Assembly (NCBI GenBank): GCA_036478235.1
Contig: JAZGDZ010000089.1
Coordinates: 3,105-67,104, forward strand
Source: Acidimicrobiia bacterium
GTDB taxonomy: Bacteria; Actinomycetota; Acidimicrobiia; Spongiisociales; UBA11373
DNA: 64,000 bases
Direction of reading: 5' to 3'
Shown: piece by piece, positions 37,070-50,057 of the stretch
How positions within the stretch are numbered: position 1 is the first letter of the stretch
Layout of the letters: every line of letters begins with the position of its first letter
Notes under the pieces: generated by a model
The model's input: only the letters and a program-made list of their open reading frames with translations
Told to the model about the DNA's origin: nothing
Databases searched by the model: none
Program-made: the position numbers and the translations under genes

Positions 37070-37388
37070 CCTCCTCCGCCTCCGCAAACGCCTCAGCCAG
37101 CTCGCGAGCCTGGTCGGCGTCGCCGTCGGCGATCTCGGCCCGGTCGGTGAGCAACGTCACCTCGTTGCGGAAGATCTGGAGGAAGCCGCCGTGGAGCGCC
37201 ACCGTCACCGGATTCCCATCGACCGGATGGATCACCGTCGACCCGGTGGCAAGGGCCGCCATCGTCGGCTCGTGATCCGCCAGCACTCCGATCTCGCCCT
37301 CGGTGGTGCGAGTGATGAGCATCTCGGCCTCACCGGACCAGACGATGGCCTCGGGTGACACCACGTCGAGCTTGAAAGGCTTAGCCAT
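37059..37388 (-). CDS. atpC: F1Fo ATP synthase epsilon subunit
   Basis: The N-terminal beta-sandwich pattern LDVVSPEAIVWSGEAEMLITRTTEGEIGVLADHEP matches AtpC. Confidence 0.85.
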   Translation of the reverse strand: MAKPFKLDVVSPEAIVWSGEAEMLITRTTEGEIGVLADHEPTMAALATGSTVIHPVDGNPVTVALHGGFLQIFRNEVTLLTDRAEIADGDADQARELAEAFAEAEEGEA

Positions 37389-37411
37389 CGCTCGCTTCTC
37401 CGAAGCTCGCA

Positions 37412-37472
37412 GACATCAGACGACAGATATCAGACGACGGTTTATCTGAAATCTGAAATCTGAAATCTGAAA
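37412..37472. repeat. Third, shorter copy of the heptamer composite: degenerate (GACRWCA)x4 then (TCTGAAA)x4, inside the atpD-atpC intergenic region
   Basis: gacatca gacgaca gatatca gacgacg ... tctgaaa x4. It lies within an operon on the coding strand. Confidence 0.75.
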
Positions 37473-37478
37473 TCCGCT

Positions 37479-39804
<2,326 letters not shown>

Positions 39805-39810
39805 TGCCGG

Positions 39811-41322
39811 CTACTCCTCGAACGTCTCGATGAAGGCGCCGATCGCGGCGTCCAGCGCATCGCCGTCGGGCAGGGTCCCACTGGCGGCTATCCCGTCGAG
39901 CAGGTCGCCGTAGCGGGTGCGCACATAATCGGCCAGGCCCTTCTCGAAGTCGGCGATCCGCTCCTCGGGCACCCCGTCCATGAACCCCTTCGTCACCGCG
40001 TAGATGGCGAGCACCTGGTCGGCGACCGCCACGGGGGCGTACTGCAGCTGCTTGAGCACCTCCACCACCCGGCGGCCCCTCTCCAGCTGAGCCTGCGAAG
40101 CGGCGTCGAGGTCGGAACCGAATCCGGCGAACGCCTCCAGCTCGCGGAACTGCGCCAGGTCGAGCCGCAGGGACCCGGCCACGCTCTTCATGGCCTTGAT
40201 CTGGGCGTTGCCGCCGACCCGGGACACCGAGATGCCGGCGTTGATGGCCGGGCGGACTCCGGAGTAGAACAGGTCTGTCTCGAGATAGATCTGGCCGTCG
40301 GTGATCGAGATCATGTTCGTCGGGATGTAGGCGGAGACGTCTCCCGCCTTGGTTTCAACGATGGGGAGCCCGGTGAGCGATCCACCTCCGAGATCGTCGC
40401 TGAGCTTGGCGCAGCGCTCCAGCAGGCGGCTGTGCAGATAGAAGACGTCGCCGGGGTACGCCTCCCGCCCCGGCGGACGGCGCAGCAGCAGCGAGATCTC
40501 GCGGTAGGCCACGGCCTGCTTCGACAAGTCGTCGAAGATGACCAGGGCGTGCTCGCCTTTGTACATCCAGTGCTGCCCGATGGCCGAGCCGGCGTACGGG
40601 GCGTACATCTGGAGGGCCGGAGCCACCGAGGCGGGAGCGTTCACGACGACCGTGTAATCCATCGCCCCGTACTCGGCCAGGACCTCGACGACTCCGGCCA
40701 CTGTTGATGCCTTCTGGCCCACGGCGACGTAGATGCACTTCACGTCCGTGTCGCGCTGGTTGATGATCGTGTCGACCACGAGCGCGGTCTTGCCGGTCTG
40801 GCGGTCGCCGATGATCAGTTGGCGCTGGCCGCGTCCGATCGGTGTCATCGCATCGATCGCCTTGACACCCGTCTGCAGCGGCTGGTGCACCGGCCGGCGC
40901 TCGATCACCGACGGGGCCTGCACCTCGAGCAGCCGCGACTCGGTGGCCTCGATCGGGCCCTTCCCGTCGATCGGGCCCCCGAGCGGGTCGATCACCCGGC
41001 CGAGCAGGGCATCGCCCACCGGCACCGACAGAACCCTTCCCGTCTGACGGACGATGTCACCCTCCTGGATGTGGGTGGCGTCGCCCATGATCACGGCGCC
41101 GATCGAATCCTCGTCGAGGTTCAGCGCCACACCGAGGAGCCCGCCGGGGAACTCCAGAAGCTCGGACGCCATCGCTCCCTCGAGGCCCTCGACCCGGGCC
41201 ACGCCGTCACCGATGGCGGCGACGTAGCCGACGATGGCGGCTTCGAGGCCCGGTTCCCACCCCTCGAGGTTCTTGCGGAGCGCCGCGGCGATCTCCTGGG
41301 GATTGATGGTCAGTTCGGCCAT
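39811..41322 (-). CDS. atpA: F1Fo ATP synthase alpha subunit
   Basis: P-loop GDRQTGKT and alpha-specific N-terminal domain. Confidence 0.95.
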   Translation of the reverse strand: MAELTINPQEIAAALRKNLEGWEPGLEAAIVGYVAAIGDGVARVEGLEGAMASELLEFPGGLLGVALNLDEDSIGAVIMGDATHIQEGDIVRQTGRVLSVPVGDALLGRVIDPLGGPIDGKGPIEATESRLLEVQAPSVIERRPVHQPLQTGVKAIDAMTPIGRGQRQLIIGDRQTGKTALVVDTIINQRDTDVKCIYVAVGQKASTVAGVVEVLAEYGAMDYTVVVNAPASVAPALQMYAPYAGSAIGQHWMYKGEHALVIFDDLSKQAVAYREISLLLRRPPGREAYPGDVFYLHSRLLERCAKLSDDLGGGSLTGLPIVETKAGDVSAYIPTNMISITDGQIYLETDLFYSGVRPAINAGISVSRVGGNAQIKAMKSVAGSLRLDLAQFRELEAFAGFGSDLDAASQAQLERGRRVVEVLKQLQYAPVAVADQVLAIYAVTKGFMDGVPEERIADFEKGLADYVRTRYGDLLDGIAASGTLPDGDALDAAIGAFIETFEE

Positions 41323-41330
41323 GGTGCTCC

Positions 41331-41870
41331 TCAGCGCCTCGTCAACGTTTCACGAAGTTCTTGCATACGGTGCGACAGCGAACCGTCGATCACCGTGTCG
41401 CCGACCCTGGCGACGATTCCCCCCATCACGGCGGGATCGACAACGGTCTTCACCTCGACATCCTTGCCGGTCGCACGCGACAGCGACTCGGCGAGCCTGG
41501 CGACCGTCTCGTCGTCGAGCTCCACCGCCGATCGCACCTCTGCAATCGCCTTGTTGCGCTCGGCCGCCGCCCTCTCGGCAAGCCTGTCGGCGATGGCAGA
41601 GAGTTCCGAGGCCATCCCCACCCCGACGACGAAGTTCACGAGGTTCACGGCCAGAGCCGAGGTCTTGTCTCCCAGCAGGTCGTCGACGATGCCCTTCTTG
41701 CGATCGACCGGCAGACGCGGGTCGGTCATCGCGTCGCGCAGGTCCGGCGACGACTCGAAGGCACGGGCGATCCGGAACAGCTCGTCACCAACACGGGCAA
41801 GCTCGCCCTCGGCCTTGGCCACCTCGAGGATCGCCGCGGCGTAGCCGTCGATGCGGGGGTCACCGGCCAT
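41331..41870 (-). CDS. atpH: F1Fo ATP synthase delta subunit (OSCP)
   Basis: 179 aa. ATGA overlap with the atpF stop. Position and order are conserved. The Arg/Gly-rich upstream extension is rejected. Confidence 0.8.
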   Translation of the reverse strand: MAGDPRIDGYAAAILEVAKAEGELARVGDELFRIARAFESSPDLRDAMTDPRLPVDRKKGIVDDLLGDKTSALAVNLVNFVVGVGMASELSAIADRLAERAAAERNKAIAEVRSAVELDDETVARLAESLSRATGKDVEVKTVVDPAVMGGIVARVGDTVIDGSLSHRMQELRETLTRR

Positions 41871-42433
41871 CAGCCCTCCAGAGTTTCCAGGTCGTCGATG
41901 TACTGCTCGACGAGGGTGCGCTGCGCCGCCTCGTCGACGCTGCCGGCCACGACCTTCTGCGCCAGTTCGAGCGAGAGCGCGGCCACTTCGTCTCTTATCT
42001 GGGCGGAGGCGCGCTGCTTCTCCGAAGCGGCGTCTTCGCGGGCCTTGCCCCGAATCGAGTCCGCCTCGGCCTCGGCCTTCGACACCAGGTCTGACCGCAG
42101 CGCATCGGCCGTCTGTCGGGCATCGTCGACGATCGTGTTCGCCTCTCCGCGGGCCGAGGCGAGCTGCTCCTTGTAATCCCCCAAAAGGCTCTCCGCTTCC
42201 GCCTTGGCCTTCTCCGCCTCGGTCAGCTGGCCGGTGATCGCCTCCTGCCGCGCCGCCAGAACGCGATCTACCGCCGGCAGCACCCACTTCCAGACGAACA
42301 CGAAGATGATCGAAAAGGCGATCACGCCGGCGATCAGCTCCGCGGGGTCGGGGAGGAGCAGGTCGATGCCGCCGTTCTCCTCCTCAACAGCCTCTCCGGC
42401 GAGGACGATCATCGGTGCCATGAATTGGATCAT
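41870..42433 (-). CDS. atpF: F1Fo ATP synthase subunit b
   Basis: Single N-terminal TM helix followed by a long Ala/Glu/Lys-rich coiled coil. Confidence 0.85.
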   Translation of the reverse strand: MIQFMAPMIVLAGEAVEEENGGIDLLLPDPAELIAGVIAFSIIFVFVWKWVLPAVDRVLAARQEAITGQLTEAEKAKAEAESLLGDYKEQLASARGEANTIVDDARQTADALRSDLVSKAEAEADSIRGKAREDAASEKQRASAQIRDEVAALSLELAQKVVAGSVDEAAQRTLVEQYIDDLETLEG

Positions 42434-42445
42434 GTGTCCGATCTC

Positions 42446-42673
<228 letters not shown>

Positions 42674-42678
42674 TTAGC

Positions 42679-43494
42679 TCAGTGCTCCGGATGCACTGAT
42701 GTCTGGATGTACACCGCCGACAGCAGCGTGAAGATGTATGCCTGCAGCACTGCCACGACGAATTCGAACACGAAGATCCCGAGGCCGAACACGAACCACG
42801 GCAGGCCGATGACCGACCTGATCCCGATGTCTCCGACGGCGGCAAAGAAGACCCAGCCCGACGCCAGCAGCAGCGTGAGCATGAGATGGCCGGCCACCAG
42901 GTTCGCGAAGAGCCGCACCGCCAACGTGAGCGGGCGCAGCAGGAAGACCGAGACGAACTCGATCAGCCCCACCAGCCAGCGCAGCGCGATCGGGACGCTC
43001 TTGGGCCACACGATGTCGAAGAGGTAGCGAAATCCGTTCTTGTAGAAGCCGACGACCACAAAGATCAGCCAGGTGGTGACGGCGAGCATGAGCGGGATCG
43101 CCATCCGCGACGTCAGCGGGAAGTTGATCAGCGGGGTCAGCTCGAAGAGGTTGGCCACGAGGATGAACATGAAGATCGACAGCAGGTAGGGGGTGTAGCG
43201 GGAGCCCTCGGGCCCGATCGTGCCTTTGGCCACGTCATCGCGCACGAACGTGACAACCGACTCCATGGCGAGGCCGAACTTGGAGGGAACGACCCGGACC
43301 CGACGGAACCCGAAGTAGAGCAGCGCCAGGACGATGAACATCGCCAAGAAGGTGAGCACGACCGTCCGGGTGAAGTCAAACGGCCCGATCGAGAAGAGGG
43401 CCTGCTTGAACTCGAACAGCTCGATCACGTTTCCCGGAGCACAGATGATCTCCTCCGCCGGATCGCACTCAGTTGCGAGTATCAGGACGTCCAC
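42679..43494 (-). CDS. atpB: F1Fo ATP synthase subunit a
   Basis: Conserved Arg-containing helix LRLFANLVAGHL. Confidence 0.9.
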   Translation of the reverse strand: MDVLILATECDPAEEIICAPGNVIELFEFKQALFSIGPFDFTRTVVLTFLAMFIVLALLYFGFRRVRVVPSKFGLAMESVVTFVRDDVAKGTIGPEGSRYTPYLLSIFMFILVANLFELTPLINFPLTSRMAIPLMLAVTTWLIFVVVGFYKNGFRYLFDIVWPKSVPIALRWLVGLIEFVSVFLLRPLTLAVRLFANLVAGHLMLTLLLASGWVFFAAVGDIGIRSVIGLPWFVFGLGIFVFEFVVAVLQAYIFTLLSAVYIQTSVHPEH

Positions 43495-43898
43495 TCGAGC
43501 TCCCTCTCGTCTCCCCGGGCGACGGCCATCGCCTCGAGAGTCAGCAGCACCAAATAGGTCGCGATTGCGGCCACTCCGAACGCAATGCGGTCGATTGCGA
43601 ACAAGCGCGCCACGAGCAACATCGACACCGTGATGGTGAGCAGCCGCAGCGCAAAGCCGAACAGCGCGGCGGCATGATAGGCACCCAGTGAGATGCGCGC
43701 CGCCGTCGACAGGATGACTCCCGAGGCGAGCAGGTTGACGACGATCACGACGACGCCGATCGCCGCCGCGATCGCCCCGTCGAGCCCCCGGACCATCCAG
43801 GCGACCGTCACCGCCAGGGGGCCGACGACGACGGTCCGCTTGACCGTGTGGCGGGCGAGGATCACCTCGATGTCGGGGAGGGCCTGCCGCTCAGACAC
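43482..43898 (-). CDS. atpI: ATP synthase protein I (AtpI-like), 4-TM
   Basis: Small hydrophobic protein immediately upstream of atpB. Length and topology typical. Confidence 0.6.
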   Translation of the reverse strand: MSERQALPDIEVILARHTVKRTVVVGPLAVTVAWMVRGLDGAIAAAIGVVVIVVNLLASGVILSTAARISLGAYHAAALFGFALRLLTITVSMLLVARLFAIDRIAFGVAAIATYLVLLTLEAMAVARGDERELEWTS

Positions 43899-44166
43899 CG
43901 TCGTCCTCGTTTGCGATCTTCCACATCCGCCAGAATCCGATGACCGACCCGGCGATGATCCCCAGCACCACGAGGATCGGGTCTGTACCGAGCCAGATGT
44001 CGGCGAGGTAGCCGAGGAGGAATCCCGACATGATCGTCGGGAAGAATCCGGCCGCCTCGAAGCCGGCGGCGACGTTGCGCCCTATCTCCTCGTGATGGCG
44101 GTTCACCCGCTGGCCCCCTTCGCCCTTTATGATTTCCTTCACAGCTCGTCTCCGCCCTTGGGGCAA
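43891..44166 (-). CDS. AtpZ/AtpR-family small membrane protein (putative F0F1-ATPase-associated subunit)
   Basis: 91 aa. Basic N-terminus followed by the two-helix motif GFFPTIMSGFLLGYLADIWLG. Confidence 0.55.
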   Translation of the reverse strand: MPQGRRRAVKEIIKGEGGQRVNRHHEEIGRNVAAGFEAAGFFPTIMSGFLLGYLADIWLGTDPILVVLGIIAGSVIGFWRMWKIANEDDGV

Positions 44167-44176
44167 GCAGCTCGCC

Positions 44177-45445
44177 TCACACGTGACCCGGGAAGTCGGC
44201 CGGATACGGCGGGAACTTGGAGGCGAGCGCCCCGATCTCCGATCGAACGCCGTCGAGAACGCCGGTGTCGTCGCGTTGCCGCAGGGCGCGGATCATGAGC
44301 CGGCCGACCTCCTGCACCTCGGGTTCCTGCATCCCGCAGGTCGTTGCCGCCGGCAGCCCGACCCGCAGGCCACTCGCCCGGTAGGGGGGGCGGGGATCAA
44401 ACGGGATCGTGTTGAAGTTGAGCGTCACTCCGACGTCGTACAGCAGCCGGGCGGCGTCCCGGCCGGTGAAGTCCTCGTCGATCGATCGGAGATCGATGAG
44501 GAACATGTGGTTGTCGGTCCCCCCCGAGACGACCCGAACTCCCTCTTCGGACACCGCGGCGGCCATCGCCGCGGCGTTCTCGACGATCTGAGCGGTGTAG
44601 TCGCGATAGGCCGGGGTCGCCGCCTCGGCGAAACAGACGGCTTTGCCGGCGATGTGGTTGTTGAGCGGACCCCCCTGAGCGTTGGGGAAGACGCCCTTGT
44701 CGATCTGGGCCCCGAACTCCTCGCGCCCCATGATCAGGCCGCCCCGGGCCCCCCGCATCGCCTTGTGGGTCGTGGCGGTGACGACGTCGGCGTGGGGCAC
44801 CGGGTTGGGATGCGCTCCACCGGCGATGAGGCCGATGATGTGGGCCGCATCGACCATGAACAAAGCTCCTACCTCGTCGGCTATCTCACGGAACGCGGCC
44901 CAGTCGAGCAAACGTGAGTACGCCGAGTAACCGGCGACGATCATCTTGGGGCGCTCGGCGTGCGCGATCCGTCGCACCTCGTCGAAGTCGACCGTCTCGG
45001 TCTCGGGGTTGACGCCGTAGGCGACGAAGTTGTAGAGGATGCCCGAGAAGTTGACGTGGGAACCGTGGGTCAGGTGGCCGCCCTGGTCGAGGCTCATCCC
45101 GAGGATCTTGTCCCCCACCTCGAGCAGTCCGAAGTAGACACCCATGTTCGCCTGGGCCCCGCTGTGGGCCTGGACGTTCACGTACTCCGCCCCGAAGAGT
45201 GCCTTGGCCCGCTCGATCGCCAGATTCTCGACCTCGTCCACCACCTCACAGCCCTCGTAGTAACGCTTGCCGGGGTATCCCTCGGAGTACTTGTTGGTGA
45301 GGACCGACCCCGACGCCTCCATGACGGCGCGGGACACGAAGTTCTCGGATGCGACGAGGTGCACGTGCGACCGCTGACGGTCGGCATCGCGCTGGATGAG
45401 CGAGGCGACCGCAGGATCGACGTCGGAAAGTGGAGCGTCGAACAT
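44177..45445 (-). CDS. glyA: Serine hydroxymethyltransferase
   Basis: Motifs LVASENFVSRAVMEA and the PLP-lysine region TTTHKAMRGARGG. Confidence 0.95.
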   Translation of the reverse strand: MFDAPLSDVDPAVASLIQRDADRQRSHVHLVASENFVSRAVMEASGSVLTNKYSEGYPGKRYYEGCEVVDEVENLAIERAKALFGAEYVNVQAHSGAQANMGVYFGLLEVGDKILGMSLDQGGHLTHGSHVNFSGILYNFVAYGVNPETETVDFDEVRRIAHAERPKMIVAGYSAYSRLLDWAAFREIADEVGALFMVDAAHIIGLIAGGAHPNPVPHADVVTATTHKAMRGARGGLIMGREEFGAQIDKGVFPNAQGGPLNNHIAGKAVCFAEAATPAYRDYTAQIVENAAAMAAAVSEEGVRVVSGGTDNHMFLIDLRSIDEDFTGRDAARLLYDVGVTLNFNTIPFDPRPPYRASGLRVGLPAATTCGMQEPEVQEVGRLMIRALRQRDDTGVLDGVRSEIGALASKFPPYPADFPGHV

Positions 45446-45502
45446 GGAAGTCCTCCTGGGAGCGTCAGGCTAGTGCCACCAACGTGAGGCCCGGGCGCCC
45501 GG

Positions 45503-46129
45503 TCAGCCGGGCGACCGGCGTTCCGTCACGGAGTCGATGATGGCGATACCGGCTATCGGGATGAGCGGAGCGGCCACGATCGCCAGGCCCGGCGAGATCA
45601 AGTAGACGACCTTTGTGTAGGCCGCCAGGCCTACTGCGGTCCACAGGCGCCACGACCGCAGATGGATTCCCTCCTCGCTCCTCATCGTCCACGCCGCGCC
45701 GAGGCCGATCGCCAGCACGAAGCCGGTTGCCGGCTCGCGCGCTGCAAACGAACCTCCCACGAAAGCTCCCAGCACGATCAACGAGGCGACCGCCGCCGAG
45801 CGCCACGGTGAGGTCGCCCGTGAGACCAGGCCGACGATGAGCAAGAGGAGCGGGATCATCACAGCGGACGCGACGGCGGCGAGGATCGCCGCCGAGTCGT
45901 TTCCGTCCCCGGCCTGGACAATGGCGGTGGCCACGAACCCGAATGCGAGAACCGACACGATCGTCCCGGCGGCCACCGCGGCCCAACGGCGCCGAGACGA
46001 GATGGGCCCTTCCCACGCCGGCTGCTCGGTGGACGGCACCCGACGGCGCCGCTCGGGTTTCGAGTACCGCTCCAGCATCGTCCTGCGCTCGGAGGCGGGG
46101 CGCTCCCGCCGACCCCGCTGCCGGCTCAT
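45503..46129 (-). CDS. Hypothetical integral membrane protein (~208 aa)
   Basis: Five or six hydrophobic helices. Its ATG overlaps the tsaC stop (ATGA). The Arg/Gly-rich extension to 46408 is rejected. Confidence 0.45.
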   Translation of the reverse strand: MSRQRGRRERPASERRTMLERYSKPERRRRVPSTEQPAWEGPISSRRRWAAVAAGTIVSVLAFGFVATAIVQAGDGNDSAAILAAVASAVMIPLLLLIVGLVSRATSPWRSAAVASLIVLGAFVGGSFAAREPATGFVLAIGLGAAWTMRSEEGIHLRSWRLWTAVGLAAYTKVVYLISPGLAIVAAPLIPIAGIAIIDSVTERRSPG

Positions 46130-46698
46130 GGGACCTCCACATCGACGGGACCCGGCCGAAGTACCTCCGCAACGCTGCCCGTGAAGTCGACCACGGTGGA
46201 CGCCGCCCCGCCTCCCCCGCCCGGAACGTAGACGGACACCGCTGATCCCAGGAGGCGGCGGGCGGCGCGGTCGTCGCCGGCGGCTACTCCCCCGGAGCGA
46301 TTGGCGCTGGTCACCGCCAGCGGACCCGCCGTCTCCAGCAGCGCCAGCGCCGCCGGATGGTCGGGAACCCGGACTCCGACGGTGTCCTGCTCCGGGTCCC
46401 CGATCCACTCCGCAAGACCAGCCACCCTGCGCAGCACCAGTGTGAGACCGCCCGGCCAGTGGCGGGCCGCCAGGCGGCCCGCCGGCTCGCTCAAGACTGC
46501 GATGCTCCCCGCCTGCTCGACGTCAGCCACGAGGATCGGGATGGGCTTGAGCCCTGACCGCCCTTTTGCTGCGAAGAGGCGCTCGACCGCGGACCGGTCC
46601 CACGGGTCGGCGGCGATCCCGTACACCGTGTCCGTCGGTAGGCCGATGATCTCGCCGCGGCGCAGGGCGGTGAGGGCGTTTTCGATAATCGACATCAT
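46126..46698 (-). CDS. tsaC: L-threonylcarbamoyladenylate synthase (TsaC/YrdC short form)
   Basis: Motifs GEIIGLPTDTVYGIAADP and SANRSG are typical of YrdC/Sua5. Confidence 0.8.
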   Translation of the reverse strand: MMSIIENALTALRRGEIIGLPTDTVYGIAADPWDRSAVERLFAAKGRSGLKPIPILVADVEQAGSIAVLSEPAGRLAARHWPGGLTLVLRRVAGLAEWIGDPEQDTVGVRVPDHPAALALLETAGPLAVTSANRSGGVAAGDDRAARRLLGSAVSVYVPGGGGGAASTVVDFTGSVAEVLRPGPVDVEVP

Positions 46699-46783
46699 GC
46701 GGCGAGCGGGCAGCTTGCAGCTTGCAGCTTGCAGCGAGGCGCGCACGGTGTCGACTGCACGCTGCACGCTGTTTGCTGCAGGC

Positions 46784-47578
46784 TCAGATACAACACGACG
46801 CCCCTTTCCGGGCCACCAGAATCCGATCCCTGCCGGCGAGGTCCTGGCGGACCTCGCGGTCGAAGGCGAAGAAGAGGCCGTCGGCCGCCATCCCCTGGGT
46901 CTCCCCGATCTCGCAGATCACCCAACCCCCGATTCCCACCCACCAAGAGCCCTCGTCGGCGATCCGCTCCAGGATCTCGGTACCGGCCGGGCCCGACACG
47001 AGCGCCACCCTGGGCTCGTGGTCCCGCACCTCGGCTGGAAGCTCGGCGAAATCCTTCTCGGCAACGTAGGGCGGATTTGCCACCGCCAGATCGATGCGTC
47101 CCATGAGCCGTTTCGGAAGCGGCTCGAACAGGTCACCGTGGAGGAAGGCCACGTCGAGTCCGGTGCGGGCGGCGTTCTCCTTGGCAAGCGCCAGGGCGTC
47201 CTCGCTGACATCGATCCCGTACACCTGCGCATCGGGAAAGGAATGCTTCAGGGCGAGGGCCAGCGCGCCCGAACCGGTTCCGAGATCGACGATCACGGTG
47301 CCCGGTCCCGCCGCGCCGAGCGACGTCACCGCCTCCTCCCACACCCGTTCCGTCTCGGGACGGGGGATGAGAGCCCGCTCGTCTACGAGGAGGTCGACCG
47401 GCCCGAACTGCACCGAGCCCTCGAGGTACTGCAGCGGTTCGCCCGCCAAGCGCCGTGCCGCCAGAGCATCGATGCGGGAAATCTCCGCTGGTGTCGGCGG
47501 CTCGAGCGTCAACGAGGCGTGGCCACGACCGGTTACGGCCATGGCCAGGCGCTGTCGCTCGTGGGAGGGAAGGGGCAT
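46784..47578 (-). CDS. prmC: Release factor glutamine N5-methyltransferase PrmC (HemK)
   Basis: Motifs EPLQYLEGSVQFGPVDLLVDERALIPRPETE, the SAM motif VIVDLGTGSGALA and the catalytic VANPPYV. Start chosen at MPLPSH; an earlier start is possible. Confidence 0.8.
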   Translation of the reverse strand: MPLPSHERQRLAMAVTGRGHASLTLEPPTPAEISRIDALAARRLAGEPLQYLEGSVQFGPVDLLVDERALIPRPETERVWEEAVTSLGAAGPGTVIVDLGTGSGALALALKHSFPDAQVYGIDVSEDALALAKENAARTGLDVAFLHGDLFEPLPKRLMGRIDLAVANPPYVAEKDFAELPAEVRDHEPRVALVSGPAGTEILERIADEGSWWVGIGGWVICEIGETQGMAADGLFFAFDREVRQDLAGRDRILVARKGASCCI

Positions 47579-47714
47579 GTCCGAAGGGTAAGCCGCCCTG
47601 AGCGGACAAGCAGGTCGAGCCCGACGTGGCCCCTCCTCCGAAGTCAGGCGCGCCGCCGGCCGAGGCACCGACATGGCGGTACCGTGCCCACCCATCCGAG
47701 AGAGAGGAAAGTTC

Positions 47715-48083
47715 GTGGCAAACAAGATCGTTCACTTCGAGATCATGGGGTCCGACGGTGAGGCTCTCGCCGGGTTCTACCGCGAAGTCTTCGGATGGGA
47801 CCCCGAGCCGGTGGAGGGCACCGACGGCTATCACCTGGTCGGGGAGGAGGACACCGGAGTCGGCGGAGCCGTCGGTCAGGGAACCGAGGAGATGCAGTCC
47901 TACGTGACGATGTATCTCGGAGTCGACGACATAGACGAGCACCTGGCCAAGATCGAAGGCACCGGAGGAGCCACCGTCACGCCCAAGCAGGTGATCCCGG
48001 GGGTTGTCGCCTTTGCACTGTTCCGCGACCCCGCAGGCAACGTGATGGGCTTGGCCGAGAACGAGACGCCGCCGGCCGAGTAG
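47715..48083 (+). CDS. VOC-family protein (glyoxalase / bleomycin-resistance fold)
   Basis: Pattern KIVHFEIMGSDGEALAGFYREVFGW...VAFALFRDPAGNVMGL. GTG start assumed; the in-frame upstream part is rejected. Confidence 0.6.
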   Translation: MANKIVHFEIMGSDGEALAGFYREVFGWDPEPVEGTDGYHLVGEEDTGVGGAVGQGTEEMQSYVTMYLGVDDIDEHLAKIEGTGGATVTPKQVIPGVVAFALFRDPAGNVMGLAENETPPAE

Positions 48084-48087
48084 TCGG

Positions 48088-50010
48088 ATGACGCAGACGG
48101 CACCCTTCGGGTCGTGGGAGTCGCCGATCAGCGCGGCCGAGGTGACGCGCGCCGGCCTCCGCTTCGGCGACGTCCTCAGGGTGGACGGTGGCGACCTCTA
48201 TTGGGTGGAGAGCCGCCCCGAGGAGGCCGGCCGGAGCGTGATCGTGCGCCGCAGCGCTGCACGGGTGGTAGACGACATCGGGCCCGACGACTTCAACGCC
48301 CGGACGAGGGTCCACGAGTACGGGGGCGGTGCGTATGCGGTCGGCGACGGCGCGGTGTTCGCCACCCGATTCGAGGATCAGCGCCTGTACCGGATCGATC
48401 GTGAAGGTGATCCGATCGCCCTCACACCCGACCCGGACCCACCGGCCGGCCTCCGCTACGCCGATCTCGACATCGCCGATGGGTGGGTGGTCTGCGTGCG
48501 GGAGCATCACCGCGGTGACGGTGAGCCCCGCAACGAGCTCGTGCGGATCGACCTCACCGGCTCTTCACCCCCGGCCGTCATCGCCACCGGCCGGGACTTC
48601 TACTCGTCGCCCCGGGTCTCACCCGACCGGGCCGCCCTGGCTTGGCTCGAGTGGGACCACCCCAACATGCCGTGGGACGGAACCGAATTGCGGGTCGCCC
48701 ACTTCGACTCGACCGGGTCTCTCGGCGAGTCGACGCTCATCGCCGGCGGCGTCGAAGAGTCGGTCACCCAGCCGGAGTGGGCTCCGAACGGAACGCTCCA
48801 CTACGTGTCGGACCGCACCGGATGGTGGAACCTCTACCGCCACGGCCCATCCCAGGACGGGGCCGTGCTGCCGATGAACGCCGAGTTCGGGCTGCCGGGA
48901 TGGGTCTTCGCCACACGCCGCTACTGCTTCCTCGACGACGGAACCTTGTTGGCCGCCCATTCCTCGCCAGACGGTGACCGACTGCTCGCCGTCGAGAGTG
49001 AGGAGGCGCGAACGATCGAGCTTCCCTTTCGGTCGCTCGGTTCGACGATGGCCTCGCGGGAACGCAGCCTGTACCTGCTGGCGGGCGGTCCCGGCTCCCC
49101 GACTGCGGTGATCGAGATCGATATCGACTCCGGCGCCCACCAGGTGCTGCGAAGCGCCGACACGGCGATCGACGAGCGGTTCGCCAGCATCCCCGAGGCG
49201 ATCACGTTCGACACCCCGGACGGGAAGGCCCACGCCCTCTACTACCCGCCCACCAACCCGGAGTTCACCGGGCCCGAAGACGAGGCCCCACCCCTGATCG
49301 TCGAGATCCACGGCGGACCCACCGGGCAGGCACGCACCCCCTTGAACCCCTCGTACCTGTTCTGGACCAGCCGCGGCTTCGGCATCGTCGACGTTGATTA
49401 CGGGGGGTCCTCGGGATACGGCCGCGAGTACCGCAACCGACTCCGCGGCAACTGGGGAGTGGTGGACGTGAGGGACTGTGCCCTCGCTGCTGCCCACATC
49501 GCCTCGATCGGAAAGGCCGACCCCGATCGGCTCATCATCACCGGCGGCAGCGCCGGTGGGTACACCACCCTCCTCGCCCTGGCGCTACACGACGAGTTCG
49601 CCGCAGGCGCGTCGTGGTACGGCATCGCCAGCCTCGAGGCCCTCGCTCGGCACACCCACAAGTTCGAGGCCCGCTACCTCGACCGGCTCATTGGTCCCTA
49701 CCCGGAGTCGAAGGCGATCTACACCGAGCGTTCCCCTCTCACGCACATCGACCGGATGAACACGCCGGTGATCCTGCTTCAAGGCCTCGACGACGAAGTC
49801 GTGCCGCCCGCACAGGCCGAGATGATGCGCGACGCACTCGTGGCTCGCGGCGTGCCGGTGGCATGCGTGATGTTCGAGGGCGAGGGCCACGGCTTCAGAG
49901 ACGCCCGGAACCAGATCAGAGCGCTGGAGTCAGAGCTGTCCTTTTACAGCCAGGTGCTCGGCTTCGAGCCCGCCGGAGACATCGAGCCCGTCGCGGTGCA
50001 GGGGCTCTGA
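48088..50010 (+). CDS. S9-family serine peptidase (prolyl oligopeptidase / acylaminoacyl-peptidase-like) with an N-terminal beta-propeller
   Basis: Nucleophile motif GGSAGGY, and DDEVVP...GEGHGF from the catalytic triad region. 640 aa. Confidence 0.8.
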   Translation: MTQTAPFGSWESPISAAEVTRAGLRFGDVLRVDGGDLYWVESRPEEAGRSVIVRRSAARVVDDIGPDDFNARTRVHEYGGGAYAVGDGAVFATRFEDQRLYRIDREGDPIALTPDPDPPAGLRYADLDIADGWVVCVREHHRGDGEPRNELVRIDLTGSSPPAVIATGRDFYSSPRVSPDRAALAWLEWDHPNMPWDGTELRVAHFDSTGSLGESTLIAGGVEESVTQPEWAPNGTLHYVSDRTGWWNLYRHGPSQDGAVLPMNAEFGLPGWVFATRRYCFLDDGTLLAAHSSPDGDRLLAVESEEARTIELPFRSLGSTMASRERSLYLLAGGPGSPTAVIEIDIDSGAHQVLRSADTAIDERFASIPEAITFDTPDGKAHALYYPPTNPEFTGPEDEAPPLIVEIHGGPTGQARTPLNPSYLFWTSRGFGIVDVDYGGSSGYGREYRNRLRGNWGVVDVRDCALAAAHIASIGKADPDRLIITGGSAGGYTTLLALALHDEFAAGASWYGIASLEALARHTHKFEARYLDRLIGPYPESKAIYTERSPLTHIDRMNTPVILLQGLDDEVVPPAQAEMMRDALVARGVPVACVMFEGEGHGFRDARNQIRALESELSFYSQVLGFEPAGDIEPVAVQGL

Positions 50011-50057
50011 CGCGCAGCCCCGGCCCGGCTCCAAACCGGGCCGGAGTCAACGCCCGC

